A DNA stretch of 64,000 nt, taken from Macrostomum lignano. Taxonomy: Eukaryota. Of the stretch, positions 37,022 through 49,100 are shown piece by piece. The notes beneath the pieces were generated by a model. The model saw only the letters and a list, made by a program, of their open reading frames with translations. It was not told where the DNA came from and did no database searches. The DNA is taken from assembly GCA_002269645.1 (NCBI GenBank), contig NIVC01001913.1, positions 124,001-188,000 of the forward strand, given 5' to 3'. The translations under genes were made by a program, and so were the position numbers. Positions within the stretch are counted from its first letter, which is position 1. Each line of letters begins with the position of its first letter.

Positions 37022-37895
37022 TTGCGACTCAGATAATTGGCTCAGATAATTACAGGTGCGGCTCTGATAATTACAGGTGTGGCTCAGATAATTACACATG
37101 TGGCTCAGATAATTACAGATGCGGCTCAGGTAATTACAGGTGTGGCTCAGATAATTACAGGTGTGGCTCAGATAAGTACAGATGCGACTCTGATAATTAC
37201 ACATGTGGCTCAGATAATTACAGATGCGGCTCAGGTAATTACAGGTATGGCTCAGATAATTACAGGTGTGGCTCAGATAAGTACAGATGCGACTCAGATA
37301 ATTACAGGTGCGGCTCAGATAATTACAGGTGCGGCTCAGGTAATTACAGGTATGGCTCAGATAATTACAGGTGCGACTCAGATAATTACAGGTGCGGCTC
37401 AGATAATTACAGATGCGGCTCAGGTAATTACAGGTGTAGCTCAGATAATTACAGGTGTGGCTCAGATAAGTACAGATGCGGCTCTGATAATTACAGATGT
37501 GTGTCAAATAATTACAGGTGTGGCTCAGGTAATTACAGGTATGGCTCAGATTATTACAGATGTAGCTCAGATAATTACAGGTGTGGCTCAGATAATTACA
37601 GATGCGGCTCAGGTAATTACAGGTATGGCTAAGATAATTACAGGTGTGGCTCAGATAAGTACAGATGCGGCTCTGATAATTACAGATGTGGCTCAGGTAA
37701 CTACAGATGCGGCTCTGATAATTACAGGTGCGGCTCAGGCAATTACAGATGTGTGTTAGATAATTACAGGTGTGGCTCAGATAATTACAGGTGCGGCTCA
37801 GGTAGTTACAGGTGTGGCTCTGATAATTACAGATGCGGCTCTGATAATTAGAGGTGCGGCTCAGGTAATTAGGGGTACGGTCTATATAATTACAG
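37022..37895. repeat. 21-bp minisatellite (GGCTCAGATAATTACAGGTGT)
   Basis: About 41 copies. Confidence 0.96.
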
Positions 37896-38439
37896 GTGCT
37901 AGTTTAGTTAGGAGTAATTACATAACTGGTCCAATAGAAATACTATAGTTTTCGCCATATTGAATGATTCAAGTCAAGCATCTGTACACAAGCGTCAGCC
38001 TTACCAGGGACCATAACTAGTATTTATACGTCATAAAAGGCGAGTTTCTTAAAAAATGTCGGCAATATACAAAATCTACCTAACTTTGAACAAGCAATAC
38101 ACTTCTTCTTGTAGTGCGCAATAACCCTGCCGCCACTACAAAAGTGCAGATTTTTTCTGAACAAGCAGACTAGGCTTCCTTTTAGAAGTAAACTAGGTCG
38201 CATCACTTGATGCTTGAACTGCGCGCTGAACAACTCTTTCTGTGTCGGAAAATTGTAGTTTATTGTTGCCGGCAAAAAATCCTATCCAGGCACCCCGTAT
38301 GCAGGTGAATGAGTAGTCAAACCGCTTGGCCTCCTGAAAATGCAAGCCTGCCAGATAGCCGATTTTTTCGGATGCGCAATAGCGCTATAAAGTACATGTG
38401 CACCAGTGCTGATCAACACTTGTCGAGCACTTTCCCGAT

Positions 38440-39232
38440 TTATAGACTGGCTAATCCTACATCTGAGGTCTGACTAATCTTACATCTGAGGTCGAACACT
38501 TTCCCGATTTATAGACTTGTTAATCCTACATCTGAGGTCTGGCTAATACCATATCTGAGGTCTGGCTAATCCTACATCTGAGGTCTGGCTAATACCATAT
38601 CTGAGGTCTGGCTAATCCTACATCTGAGGTCTGGCTAATACCATATCTGAGGTCTGGCTAATCCCACATCTGAGGTCTGGCTAATACCATATCTGAGGTC
38701 TGGCTAATCTTACATCTGAGGTCGAACACTTTCCCGATTTATAGACTTGTTAATCCTACATCTGAGGTCTGGCTAATACCATATCTGAGGTCTGGCTAAT
38801 CCTACATCTGAGGTCTGGCTAATCCCACATCTGAGGTCTGGCTAATCCCACATCTGAGGTCTGGCTAATCCCACATCTGAGGTCTGGCTAATCCCACATC
38901 TGAGGTCTGGCTAATCCCACATCTGAGGTCTGGCTAATCCCACATCTGAGGTCTGGCTAATCCCACATCTGAGGTCTGGCTAATCCCACATCTGAGGTCT
39001 GGCTAATCCCACATCTGAGGTCTGGCTAATCCCACATCTGAGGTCTGGCTAATCCCACATCTGAGGTCTGGCTAATCCCACATCTGAGGTCTGGCTAATC
39101 CTACATCTGAGGTCTGGCTAATACCACATCTGAGGTCTGGCTAATACCACATCTGAGGTCTGGCTAATACCATATCTGAGGTCTGGCTAATCCCACATCT
39201 GAGGTCTGGCTAATTCCATATCTGAAGTCTGA
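38440..39232. repeat. 23-bp minisatellite (CTGAGGTCTGGCTAATCCCACAT)
   Basis: About 32 copies; flanking unique sequence duplicated into the array at 38491 and 38721. Confidence 0.96.
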
Positions 39233-41021
39233 CTAATTTTGTTTTAATAAGCACACGAAAATTGGAAAAACGCATTTGTTATACTGTCCGATAGCACTGT
39301 CAGCAATGCAACGGAGATATGTATAGCTGTTGCGGGTGTGTAGGCGTCAGTTCGAGACTCTTCGTGTTATGTTTTCCCCGAGGTCGTGTCAATCCAAACA
39401 CAACCCTTTATTAATCCTCCATTCCATACAGAGGCATGGGCCAGTATGCGGAAGAATTGTCGCCCAGAAAAGTTTTGTACTTTTTGCTGTACGCTGTTTG
39501 TTGGGCTGCAGATCCCGGCCAATATTTTACCTTCTTTTCATTTACGCAAGTGTTTACCGAGCAAACAGAAAGTTTTTTAATTTTTACCGACCTGCCGGTT
39601 TTATTGCTATTAATAATCATAGACAGTATAATGGCTGATATAAATATGATTCTGTAAGAGCGCCAAAGAGCGCCCTATGAGCGCCAAACTCTCTTAATAA
39701 AGTAAAGGGCGCCAAACTCTTAGTAAAGTAAGGGGCGCCAAACTTTTACTAAAGGATCGCCGACACTTATATAGCGATCCGGTTATGGTTTCTGTTGAAA
39801 TTTATTCATCAAAATTATGCAACAATAATTTGTTTCTTTAGTAGCTTTATTTCGTTCTTTTAGGTGCGAGGCCATAAAGTGTTTATATTTCGACTATTCA
39901 TATACATATATAGACAACTTGTTCAGTCTTTTCGGTCCAACAAAAATCTGTTCGTACTTTTTTTGGCGGAGGCCGGTGCCCATCTCCGGGTTGTGATAAT
40001 TGGAAATTTCGCCTTTTCGTCAAGCTTGGTTGCTACTGACGCCCACACTAATTATTGATCCCAGTGGCTGGATAGATTGCGAATCAGAATGGGATAAATC
40101 TTGGCTTGTGGAGGGGATTCAACTCATGAGCTGGCGGGAGCTGGCGGGAGCTGCAGCACGAGTAACTTGTTTGAGATGCAAAAAAAGAAGATTTTTCCAA
40201 GATTTCTGGAATGAAATCTTCGAGAGCGGCGAGAAATGGGAAATCCCTCCCAAAGGGATTTGTCCCCTCCTGCGTAGGGGGGAATCAACAAGTTATGGGA
40301 GGGCCACTTTTTTCCGGTTACCCGTTTGTCACGCGGGGCTGCTGGCACTCGTTCGCTTGTTCACGTGGTTTTTCAATGGGAAACTTTGAATTAGGGTTAC
40401 AGGGTTTTGCTAGATCATAAGCCAAACTTGTAACTTTTTTTGGTTTTTAAAAGTTGACTTTCTTTTAAAAATGTTACATACGTGGATAAAAATAGAACAT
40501 TTTCTATTAGAATCTGTTTGAGCTATGCCCTATCGCCGGTACCGTTCGCTGCAATTTGATACAAATCTCGCTTGGCGTCATCCCGGTGTCGGTGGCGTCC
40601 GGTTTTCGGATCTCGAGGCTGCCTTGCTAAATTAAATTTTCATTTCTTCAAAGACACTGGCATTACGGCTGAACCATTTCAAGGTGAGCCATTTTATAAC
40701 GGTGGCAGTTGCTGCTACAACTTCAGCAATTTGTCGAATAAACAGGGCGCTACACTCGCTGATCGTGTGGTCACGTGGCAGGTTTTTCCGGAAGTTTCCC
40801 GTTCTTCAGCACTGAATCCCCAATGCCTCACCTGCTGGACTTCCGAATTGCAGATGCAGCCAGCAGGTGTTTTGTCCGAGCTGCGCTCACAAGTTTATCA
40901 AGCTGCTTTTTCATGAACTGCTGCCAGGGACCGGCAAGCAAGCAAAGTTGCGGCGAGTTTCCAGCTGCTCCTGTCTCTGCAGTGTTTTGTCTGGACGGAT
41001 TTGTCTATGGCCAAACCCATG

Positions 41022-41125
41022 GCTCGCACTCATACACACAGGGTGTACAGCCGCCCTCTTGACTTTCTAATCAAGAATGATTAGAGGTGGCCCTGATTGG
41101 TGTAAATCACACGACAAACCTGTTG
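41022..41125 (-). mobile_element. Diverged copy of the dispersed repeat body seen at 4795-4970
   Basis: The reverse complement reads caggtttgtcgtgtgatttacac...gattagaaagtcaagagggcggctgtacaccctgtgtgtatgagtgcg. Confidence 0.65.
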
Positions 41126-41619
41126 ACCTCCCTTCAAGTTGTCGGCCCCTAAGCAACAGAAGTCTCTTCAATATGCGCCAGAAGAAAAGTCCGATATGAA
41201 ATCCTCAGCCCCGCAACAGATGGCCCAGCGCCCAAGGTCGGCACCGCCTGCCCTATTCGTCCTGGCTCATCTGCCTTCTCATCGTTTACTCCTCTGAGAG
41301 GTGATTGATGCTTTTGACCTTTGCATGATCCGTCAGAGCAGTTCCCTTTCATTTTCCCTCAAACTGCTGACTAAATTATGCGTAGAAACAGCTGCAGATC
41401 CGACTGAGTCATTTCTCCGTGGATTGGGCGTGTGTTGCGCTTTGAACTGGCAAGAATTTCATTTGTAGCTGCTGAGCTCATGTTGCAGTCTGTGCTTCCT
41501 TCACCACATTAAATTGTAGCTTTCTTTTAAAGGCAATCCAGCTGTCGTTTGCTTTTTTCTGGACAGCCTATTTTGTGAAATCGAATCCTGCCACTCTCCT
41601 TCTATTCGCTCTTAGCTTC

Positions 41620-42740
41620 CTACTATCCGCTCTCTACTACCCGCTCTCTACTATCCGCTCTCTACTATCCGCTCTCTACTACCCGCTCTCTACTACCCGT
41701 TCTCTACTATCCGCTCTCTACTATCCGCTCTCTACTATCCGCTCTCTACTATCCGCTCTCTACTATCCGCTCTCTACTATCCGCTCTCTACTATCCGCTC
41801 TCTACTATCCGCTCTCTACTATCCGCTCTCTACTATCCGCTCTCTACTATCCGCTCTCTACTATCCGCTCTCTACTATCCGCTCTCTACTATCCGCTCTC
41901 TACTATCCGCTTTCTACTGTCTGCTCTCTACTATCCGCTCTCTACTATCCGCTCTCTACTATCCGCTCTCTACTATCCACTATCTACTATCCGCTCTCTA
42001 CTATCCACTCTCTACTATCCGCTCTCTACTATCCGCTCTCTACTATCCGCTCTCTACTATCCGCTCTCTACTATCCGCTCTCTACTATCCGCTCTCTACT
42101 ATCCGCTCTCTACTCTCCGCTTTCTACCTTCTGCTCTCTACTCACCGCTCTCTACTATCCGCTCTCTACTCTCCGCTTTCTAACTTCTGCTCTCTACTTA
42201 CCGCTCTCTACTATCCGCTCTCTACTCACCGCTCTCTACTATCCGCTCTCTACTCTCCGCTTTCTACCTTCTGCTCTCTACTCACCGCTCTCTACTATCC
42301 GCTCTCTACTCTCCGCTTTCTAACTTCTGCTCTCTACTTACCGCTCTCTACTATCCGCTCTCTACTCACCGCTCTCTACTATCCGCTCTCTACTCTCCGC
42401 TTTCTACCTTCTGCTCTCTACTTACCGCTTTCTACTATCCGCTCTCTACTACCCGCTCTCTACTTTCTGCTCTCTACTCACCGCTCTCTACTATCCGCTC
42501 TCTACTCTCCGCTTTCTACCTTCTGCTCTCTACTCACCGCTCTCTACTATCCGCTCTCTACTCTCCGCTTTCTAACTTCTGCTCTCTACTTACCGCTCTC
42601 TACTATCCGCTCTCTACTCACCGCTCTCTACTATCCGCTCTCTACTCTCCGCTTTCTACCTTCTGCTCTCTACTTACCGCTTTCTACTATCCGCTCTCTA
42701 CTACCCGCTCTCTACTTTCTGCTCTCTACTCTCCGCTCTC
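41620..42740. repeat. 14-bp pyrimidine-rich satellite (CTATCCGCTCTCTA)
   Basis: About 80 copies; the 3' half has a longer compound period. Confidence 0.97.
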
Positions 42741-43166
42741 CGCTCTCCACTCTGCTTAATCCTGCATCTCTTTTTCCCCCATCCACTCCCGCTATTTCCC
42801 GCTCCCCACCTTCCTTCCAGTTCAGCCTAGCGTTAAAAACGCCTCTCCAGTCTGACTGTCGGCACTTGCAATTCATTTTAATCAGCGTCCCGTGACTGGC
42901 CTGAATGCATTGTCAGGCCTCTCTTACTAACACATTGTCTAGAGAATGGCTCAGAGAGAGAATTTCGGTCTCAATTTGCAGACGATGGCCCAGCAACCAA
43001 AAAGCGCTTTAGCCAGGCTGCAATCAGCGAACGTTTTTATTCATTAGTATCTGGTTCGTCTATGTGATTCACTGTCGTGGTTATTTCATCTCGTTGCCAT
43101 AATAGGACTTATAGGATTTTTAATAACGACTCTAAAAGCTATCTGAATTTTGCTTGGGATAACTTG

Positions 43167-46100
43167 CGTGAGACAGAGATTGAGAGTGAGACTGTGGGTG
43201 AGAGTGAGACAGTGGGTGAGAGTGAGACATTGGGTGAGAGTGAGACAGTGGGTGAGAGTGAGACAGTGGGTGAGAGTGAGACAGTGGGTGAGAGTGAGAC
43301 AGTGGGTGAGGGTGAGACAGTGGGTGAGAGTGAGACAGAGATTGAAAATGAGACAGGGATTGAGAGTGAGACAGAGATTGAGAGTGAGACAGAGATTGAG
43401 AGTGAGACAGAGATTGAAAATGAGACAGAGATTGAGAGTGAGACAGAGATTGAGAGTGAGACAGGGATTGAGAGTGAGACAGAGATTGAGAGTGAGGCAG
43501 AGATTGAGAGTGAGACTGTGGGTGAGAGTGAGACAGTGGGTGAGAGTGAGACATTGGGTGAGAGTGAGACAGTGGGTGAGAGTGAGACAGTGGGTGAGAG
43601 TGAGACAGTGGGTGAGAGTGAGACAGTGGGTGAGGGTGAGACAGTGGGTGAGAGTGAGACAGAGATTGAAAATGAGACAGGGATTGAGAGTGAGACAGAG
43701 ATTGAGAGTGAGACAGGGATTGAGAGTGAGACAGAGATTGAAAATGAGACAGGGATTGAGAGTGAGACAGAGATTGAGAGTGAGACAGAGATTGAGAGTG
43801 AGACAGAGATTGAGAGTGAGACAGAGATTGAGAGTGAAACAGAGATTGAGAGTGAAACAGAGATTGAGAGTGAGACAGAGATTGAGAGTGAGACAGAGAT
43901 TGAGAGTGAGACAGGGATTGAGAGTGAGACAGAGATTGAGAGTGAGTCTGAGATTGAGAGTGAGACAGAGATTGAGAGTGAGACAGAGATTGAGAGTGAA
44001 ACAGAGATTGAGAGTGAGACAGAGATTGAGAGTGAGACAGAGATTGAGAGTGAGACAGAGATTGAAAATGAGACAGGGATTGAGAGTGAGACAGAGATTG
44101 AGAGTGAGTCAGAGATTGAGAGTGAGACAGAGATGAAAATGAGACAGGGATTGAGAGTGAGACAGAGATTGAGAGTGAGACAGAGATTGAGAGTGAGACA
44201 GGGATTGAGAGTGAGACAGAGATTGAGAGTGAGTCAGAGATTGAGAGTGAGACAGAGATTGAGAGTGAGACAGAGATTGAGAGTGAGACAGAGATTGAGA
44301 GTGAGACAGAGATTGAGAGTGAAACAGAGATTGAGAGTGAGACAGAGATTGAGAGTGAGACAGAGATTGAGAGTGAGACAGGGATTGAGAGTGAGACAGA
44401 GATTGAGAGTGAGTCAGAGATTGAGAGTGAGACAGGGATTGAAAATGAGACAGGGATTGAGAGTGAGACAGAGATTGAGAGTGAGACAGGGATTGAGAGT
44501 GAGACAGAGATTGAGAGTGAGACAGAGATTGAGAGTGAGTCAGAGATTGAGAGTGAGACAGAGATTGAGAGTGAGTCAGAGATTGAGAGTGAGACAGAGA
44601 TTGAGAGTGAGGCAGAGATTGAGAGTGAGACAGAGATTGAGAGTGAGACAGGGATTGAGAGTGAGACAGAGATTGAGAGTGAGTCAGAGATTGAGAGTGA
44701 GACAGAGATTGAGAGTGAGACAGAGATTGAGAGTGAAACAGAGATTGAGAGTGAGACAGAGATTGAGAGTGAAACAGAGATTGAGAGTGAGACAGAGATT
44801 AAAAATGAGTCAGAGATTGAGAGTGAGACAGGGATTGAAAATGAGACAGGGATTGAGAGTGAGACAGAGATTGAGAGTGAGACAGGGATTGAGAGTGAGA
44901 CAGAGATTGAGAGTGAGACAGAGATTGAGAGTGAGTCAGAGATTGAGAGTGAGACAGAGATTGAGAGTGAGACAGGGATTGAGAGTGAGACAGAGATTGA
45001 GAGTGAGACAGAGATTGAGAGTGAGTCAGAGATTGAGAGTGAGACAGAGATTGAGAGTGAGTCAGAGATTGTGAGTGAGACAGAGATTGAGAGTGAGTCA
45101 GAGATTGAGAGTGAGACAGAGATTGAGAGTGAGTCAGAGATTGAGAGTGAGACAGAGATTGAGAGTGAGTCAGAGATTGTGAGTGAGACAGAGATTGAGA
45201 GTGAAACAGAGATTGAGAGTGAGACAGAGATTGAGAGTGAGACAGAGATTGAGAGTGAAACAGAGATTGAGAGTGAGACAGAGATTGAGAGTGAGACAGA
45301 GATTGAGAGTGAGACAGAGATTGAGAGTGAGACAGAGATTGAGAGTGAGACAGAGATTGAGAGTGAAACAGAGATTGAGAGTGAGACAGAGATTGAAAAT
45401 GAGACAGAGATTGAGAGTGAGACAGAGATTGAGAGTGAGACAGAGATTGAAAATGAGACAGGGATTGAGAGTGAGACAGAGATTGAGAGTGAGACAGAGA
45501 TTGAGAGTGAAACAGAGATTGAGAGTGAGACAGAGATGAAAATGAGACAGGGATTGAGAGTGAGACAGAGATTGAGAGTGAGACAGGGATTCAGAGTGAG
45601 ACAGGGATTGAGAGTGAGACAGAGATTGAGAGTGAGTCAGAGATTGAGAGTGAGACAGAGATTGAGAGTGAAACAGAGATTGAGAGTGAGACAGAGATTG
45701 AGAGTGAGACAGAGATTGAGAGTGAGACAGAGATTGAGAGTGAGACAGGGATTGAGAGTGAGACTGAGATTGAGAGTGAGACAGAGATTGAGAGTGAGAC
45801 AGAGATTGAGAGTGAGACAGGGATTGAGAGTGAGACAGAGATTGAGAGTGAGACAGGGATTCAGAGTGAGACAGGGATTGAGAGTGAGGCAGAGATTGAG
45901 AGTGAGACAGAGATTGAGAGTGAGTCAGAGATTGAGAGTGAGACAGAGATTGAGAGTGAGGCAGAGATTGAGAGTGAGACAGAGATTGAGAGTGAGACAG
46001 AGATTGAGAGTGAGGCAGAGATTGAGAGTGAGACAGAGATTGAGAGTGAGACAGGGATTGAGAGTGAGACAGAGATTGAGAGTGAGTCAGAGATTGAGAG

Positions 46101-49100
46101 TGAGACTGTGGGTGAGAGTGAGACAGTGGGTGAGAGTGAGACATTGGGTGAGAGTGAGACAGTGGGTGAGAGTGAGACAGTGGGTGAGAGTGAGACAGTG
46201 GGTGAGAGTGAGACAGTGGGTGAGGGTGAGACAGTGGGTGAGAGTGAGACAGAGATTGAGAGTGAGACAGAGATTGAGAGTGAGACAGGGATTGAGAGTG
46301 AGACAGAGATTGAAAATGAGACAGGGATTGAGAGTGAGACAGAGATTGAGAGTGAGGCAGAGATTGAGAGAGAGACAGAGATTGAGAGTGAGACAGAGAT
46401 TGAGAGTGAGTCAGAGATTGAGAGTGAGACTGTGGGTGAGAGTGAGACAGTGGGTGAGAGTGAGACATTGGGTGAGAGTGAGACAGTGGGTGAGAGTGAG
46501 ACAGTGGGTGAGAGTGAGACAGTGGGTGAGGGTGAGACAGTGGGTGAGAGTGAGACAGAGATTGAAAATGAGACAGAGATTGAGAGTGAGACAGAGATTG
46601 AGAGTGAGACAGAGATTGAGAGTGAGACAGAGATTGAAAATGAGACAGGGATTGAGAGTGAGACAGAGATTGAGAGTGAAACAGAGATTGAGAGTAAGAC
46701 AGAGATTGAAAATGAGACAGGGATTGAGAGTGAGACAGAGATTGAGAGTGAGACAGAGATTGAGAGTGAGACAGAGATTGAGAGTGAGACAGAGATTGAG
46801 AGTGAGGCAGAGATTGAGAGTGAGACAGAGATTGAGAGTGAGACAGGGATTGAGAGTGAGACAGAGATTGAGAGTGAGACAGAGATTGAGAGTGAGACAG
46901 AGATTGAGAGTGAGACAGAGATTGAGAGTGAGACAGAGATTGAGAGTGGGACAGAGATTGAGAGTGAGACAGAGATTGAGAGTGAGACAGAGATTGAGAG
47001 TGAGACAGAGATTGAGAGTGAGACAGAGATTGAGAGTGAAACAGAGATTGAGAGTGAGACAGAGATTGAGAGTGAAACAGAGATTGAAAATGAGACAGGG
47101 ATTGAGAGTGAGACAGAGATTGAGAGTGAGTCAGAGATTGAGAGTGAGACAGAGATTGAGAGTGAGTCAGAGATTGAGAGTGAGGCAGAGATTGAGAGTG
47201 AGACAGAGATTGAGAGTGAGTCAGAGATTGAGAGTGAGACAGAGATTGAGAGTGAGACAGAGATTGAGAGTGAGACAGAGATTGAGAGTGAGACAGAGAT
47301 TGAGAGTGAGACAGAGATTGAGAGTGAGTCAGAGATTGAGAGTGAAACAGAGATTGAGAGTGAGACAGAGATTGAGAGTGAGACAGAGATTGAGAGTGAG
47401 ACAGGGATTGAGAGTGAGGCAGAGATTGAGAGTGAGACAGAGATTGAGAGTGAGACAGAGATTGAGAGTGAGACAGGGATTGAGAGTGAGACAGAGATTG
47501 AGAGTGAGACAGGGATTGAGAGTGAGTCAGAGATTGAGAGTGAGGCAGAGATTGAGAGTGAGACAGAGATTGAGAGTGAGTCAGAGATTGAGAGTGAGAC
47601 AGAGATTGAGAGTGAGGCAGAGATTGAGAGTGAGACAGAGATTGAGAGTGAGACAGGGATTGAGAGTGAGACAGAGATTGAGAGTGAGACAGAGATTGAG
47701 AGTGAGACAGAGATTGAGAATGAGACAGAGATTGAGAGTGAGACAGAGATTGAGAGTGAGACAGAGATTGAGAGTGAGACAGAGATTGAGAGTGAGACAG
47801 AGATTGAGAGTGAGACAGAGATTGAGAGTGAGTCAGAGATTGAGAGTGAAACAGAGATTGAGAGTGAGACAGAGATTGAGAGTGAAACAGAGATTGAAAA
47901 AGAGACAGGGATTGAGAGTGAGACAGAGATTGAGAGTGAGTCAGAGATTGAGAGTGAGACAGAGATTGAGAGTGAGGCAGAGATTGAGAGTGAGACAGAG
48001 ATTGAGAGTGAGACAGGGATTGAGAGTGAGTCAGAGATTGAGAGTGAGTCAGAGATTGAGAGTGAGACAGAGATTGAGAGTGAGACAGAGATTGAGAGTG
48101 AGACAGAGATTGAGAGTGAGACAGAGATTGAGAGTGAGACAGAGATTGAGAGTGAGACAGAGATTGAGAGTGAGACAGAGATTGAGAGTGAGACAGAGAT
48201 TGAGAGTGAGACAGAGATTGAGAGTGAGACAGAGATTGAGAGTGAGACAGAGATTGAAAATGAGACAGGGATTGAGAGTGAGACAGAGATTGAGAGTGAG
48301 ACAGGGATTGAGAGTGAGACAGAGATTGAGAGTGAGACAGAGATTGAGAGTGAGACAGAGATTGAGAGTGAGACAGGGATTGAGAGTGAGTCAGAGATTG
48401 AGAGTGAGACAGAGATTGAGAGTGAGACAGGGATTGAGAGTGAGACAGAGATTGAGAGTGAGACAGAGATTGAGAGTGAGACAGAGATTGAAAATGAGAC
48501 AGAGATTGAGAGTGAGACAGAGATTGAGAGTGAGTCAGAGATTGAGAGTGAGACAGAGATTGAAAATGAGACAGGGATTGAGAGTGAGACAGAGATTGAG
48601 AGTGAGACAGAGATTGAGAGTGAGACAGAGATTGAAAATGAGACAGGGATTGAGAGTGAGACAGAGATTGAGAGTGAGACAGGGATTGAGAGTGAGACAG
48701 AGATTGAGAGTGAGACAGAGATTGAGAGTGAGACAGAGATTGAGAGTGAGACAGAGATTGAGAGTGAGACAGAGATTGAGAGTGAGACAGAGATTGAGAG
48801 TGAGACAGAGATTGAGAGTGAGACAGAGATTGAGAGTGAGACAGAGATTGAGAGTGAGTCAGAGATTGAGAGTGAAACAGAGATTGAGAGTGAGGCAGAG
48901 ATTGAGAGTGAGACAGAGATTGAGAGTGAGACAGGGATTGAGAGTGAGACAGAGATTGAGAGTGAGTCAGAGATTGAGAGTGAGACTGTGGGTGAGAGTG
49001 AGACAGTGGGTGAGAGTGAGACATTGGGTGAGAGTGAGACAGTGGGTGAGAGTGAGACAGTGGGTGAGAGTGAGACAGTGGGTGAGAGTGAGACAGTGGG

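Noticed and set aside
37016-37759. (AQIITGV)n and (CNYLSHT)n ORFs
   Set aside because: 21-bp minisatellite downstream of the REXO1 poly(A) signal, with no splice or start context.
40520-40990. Possible spliced minus-strand gene (donor at about 40830, acceptor at about 40630)
   Set aside because: No recognisable protein in any phase-consistent join.
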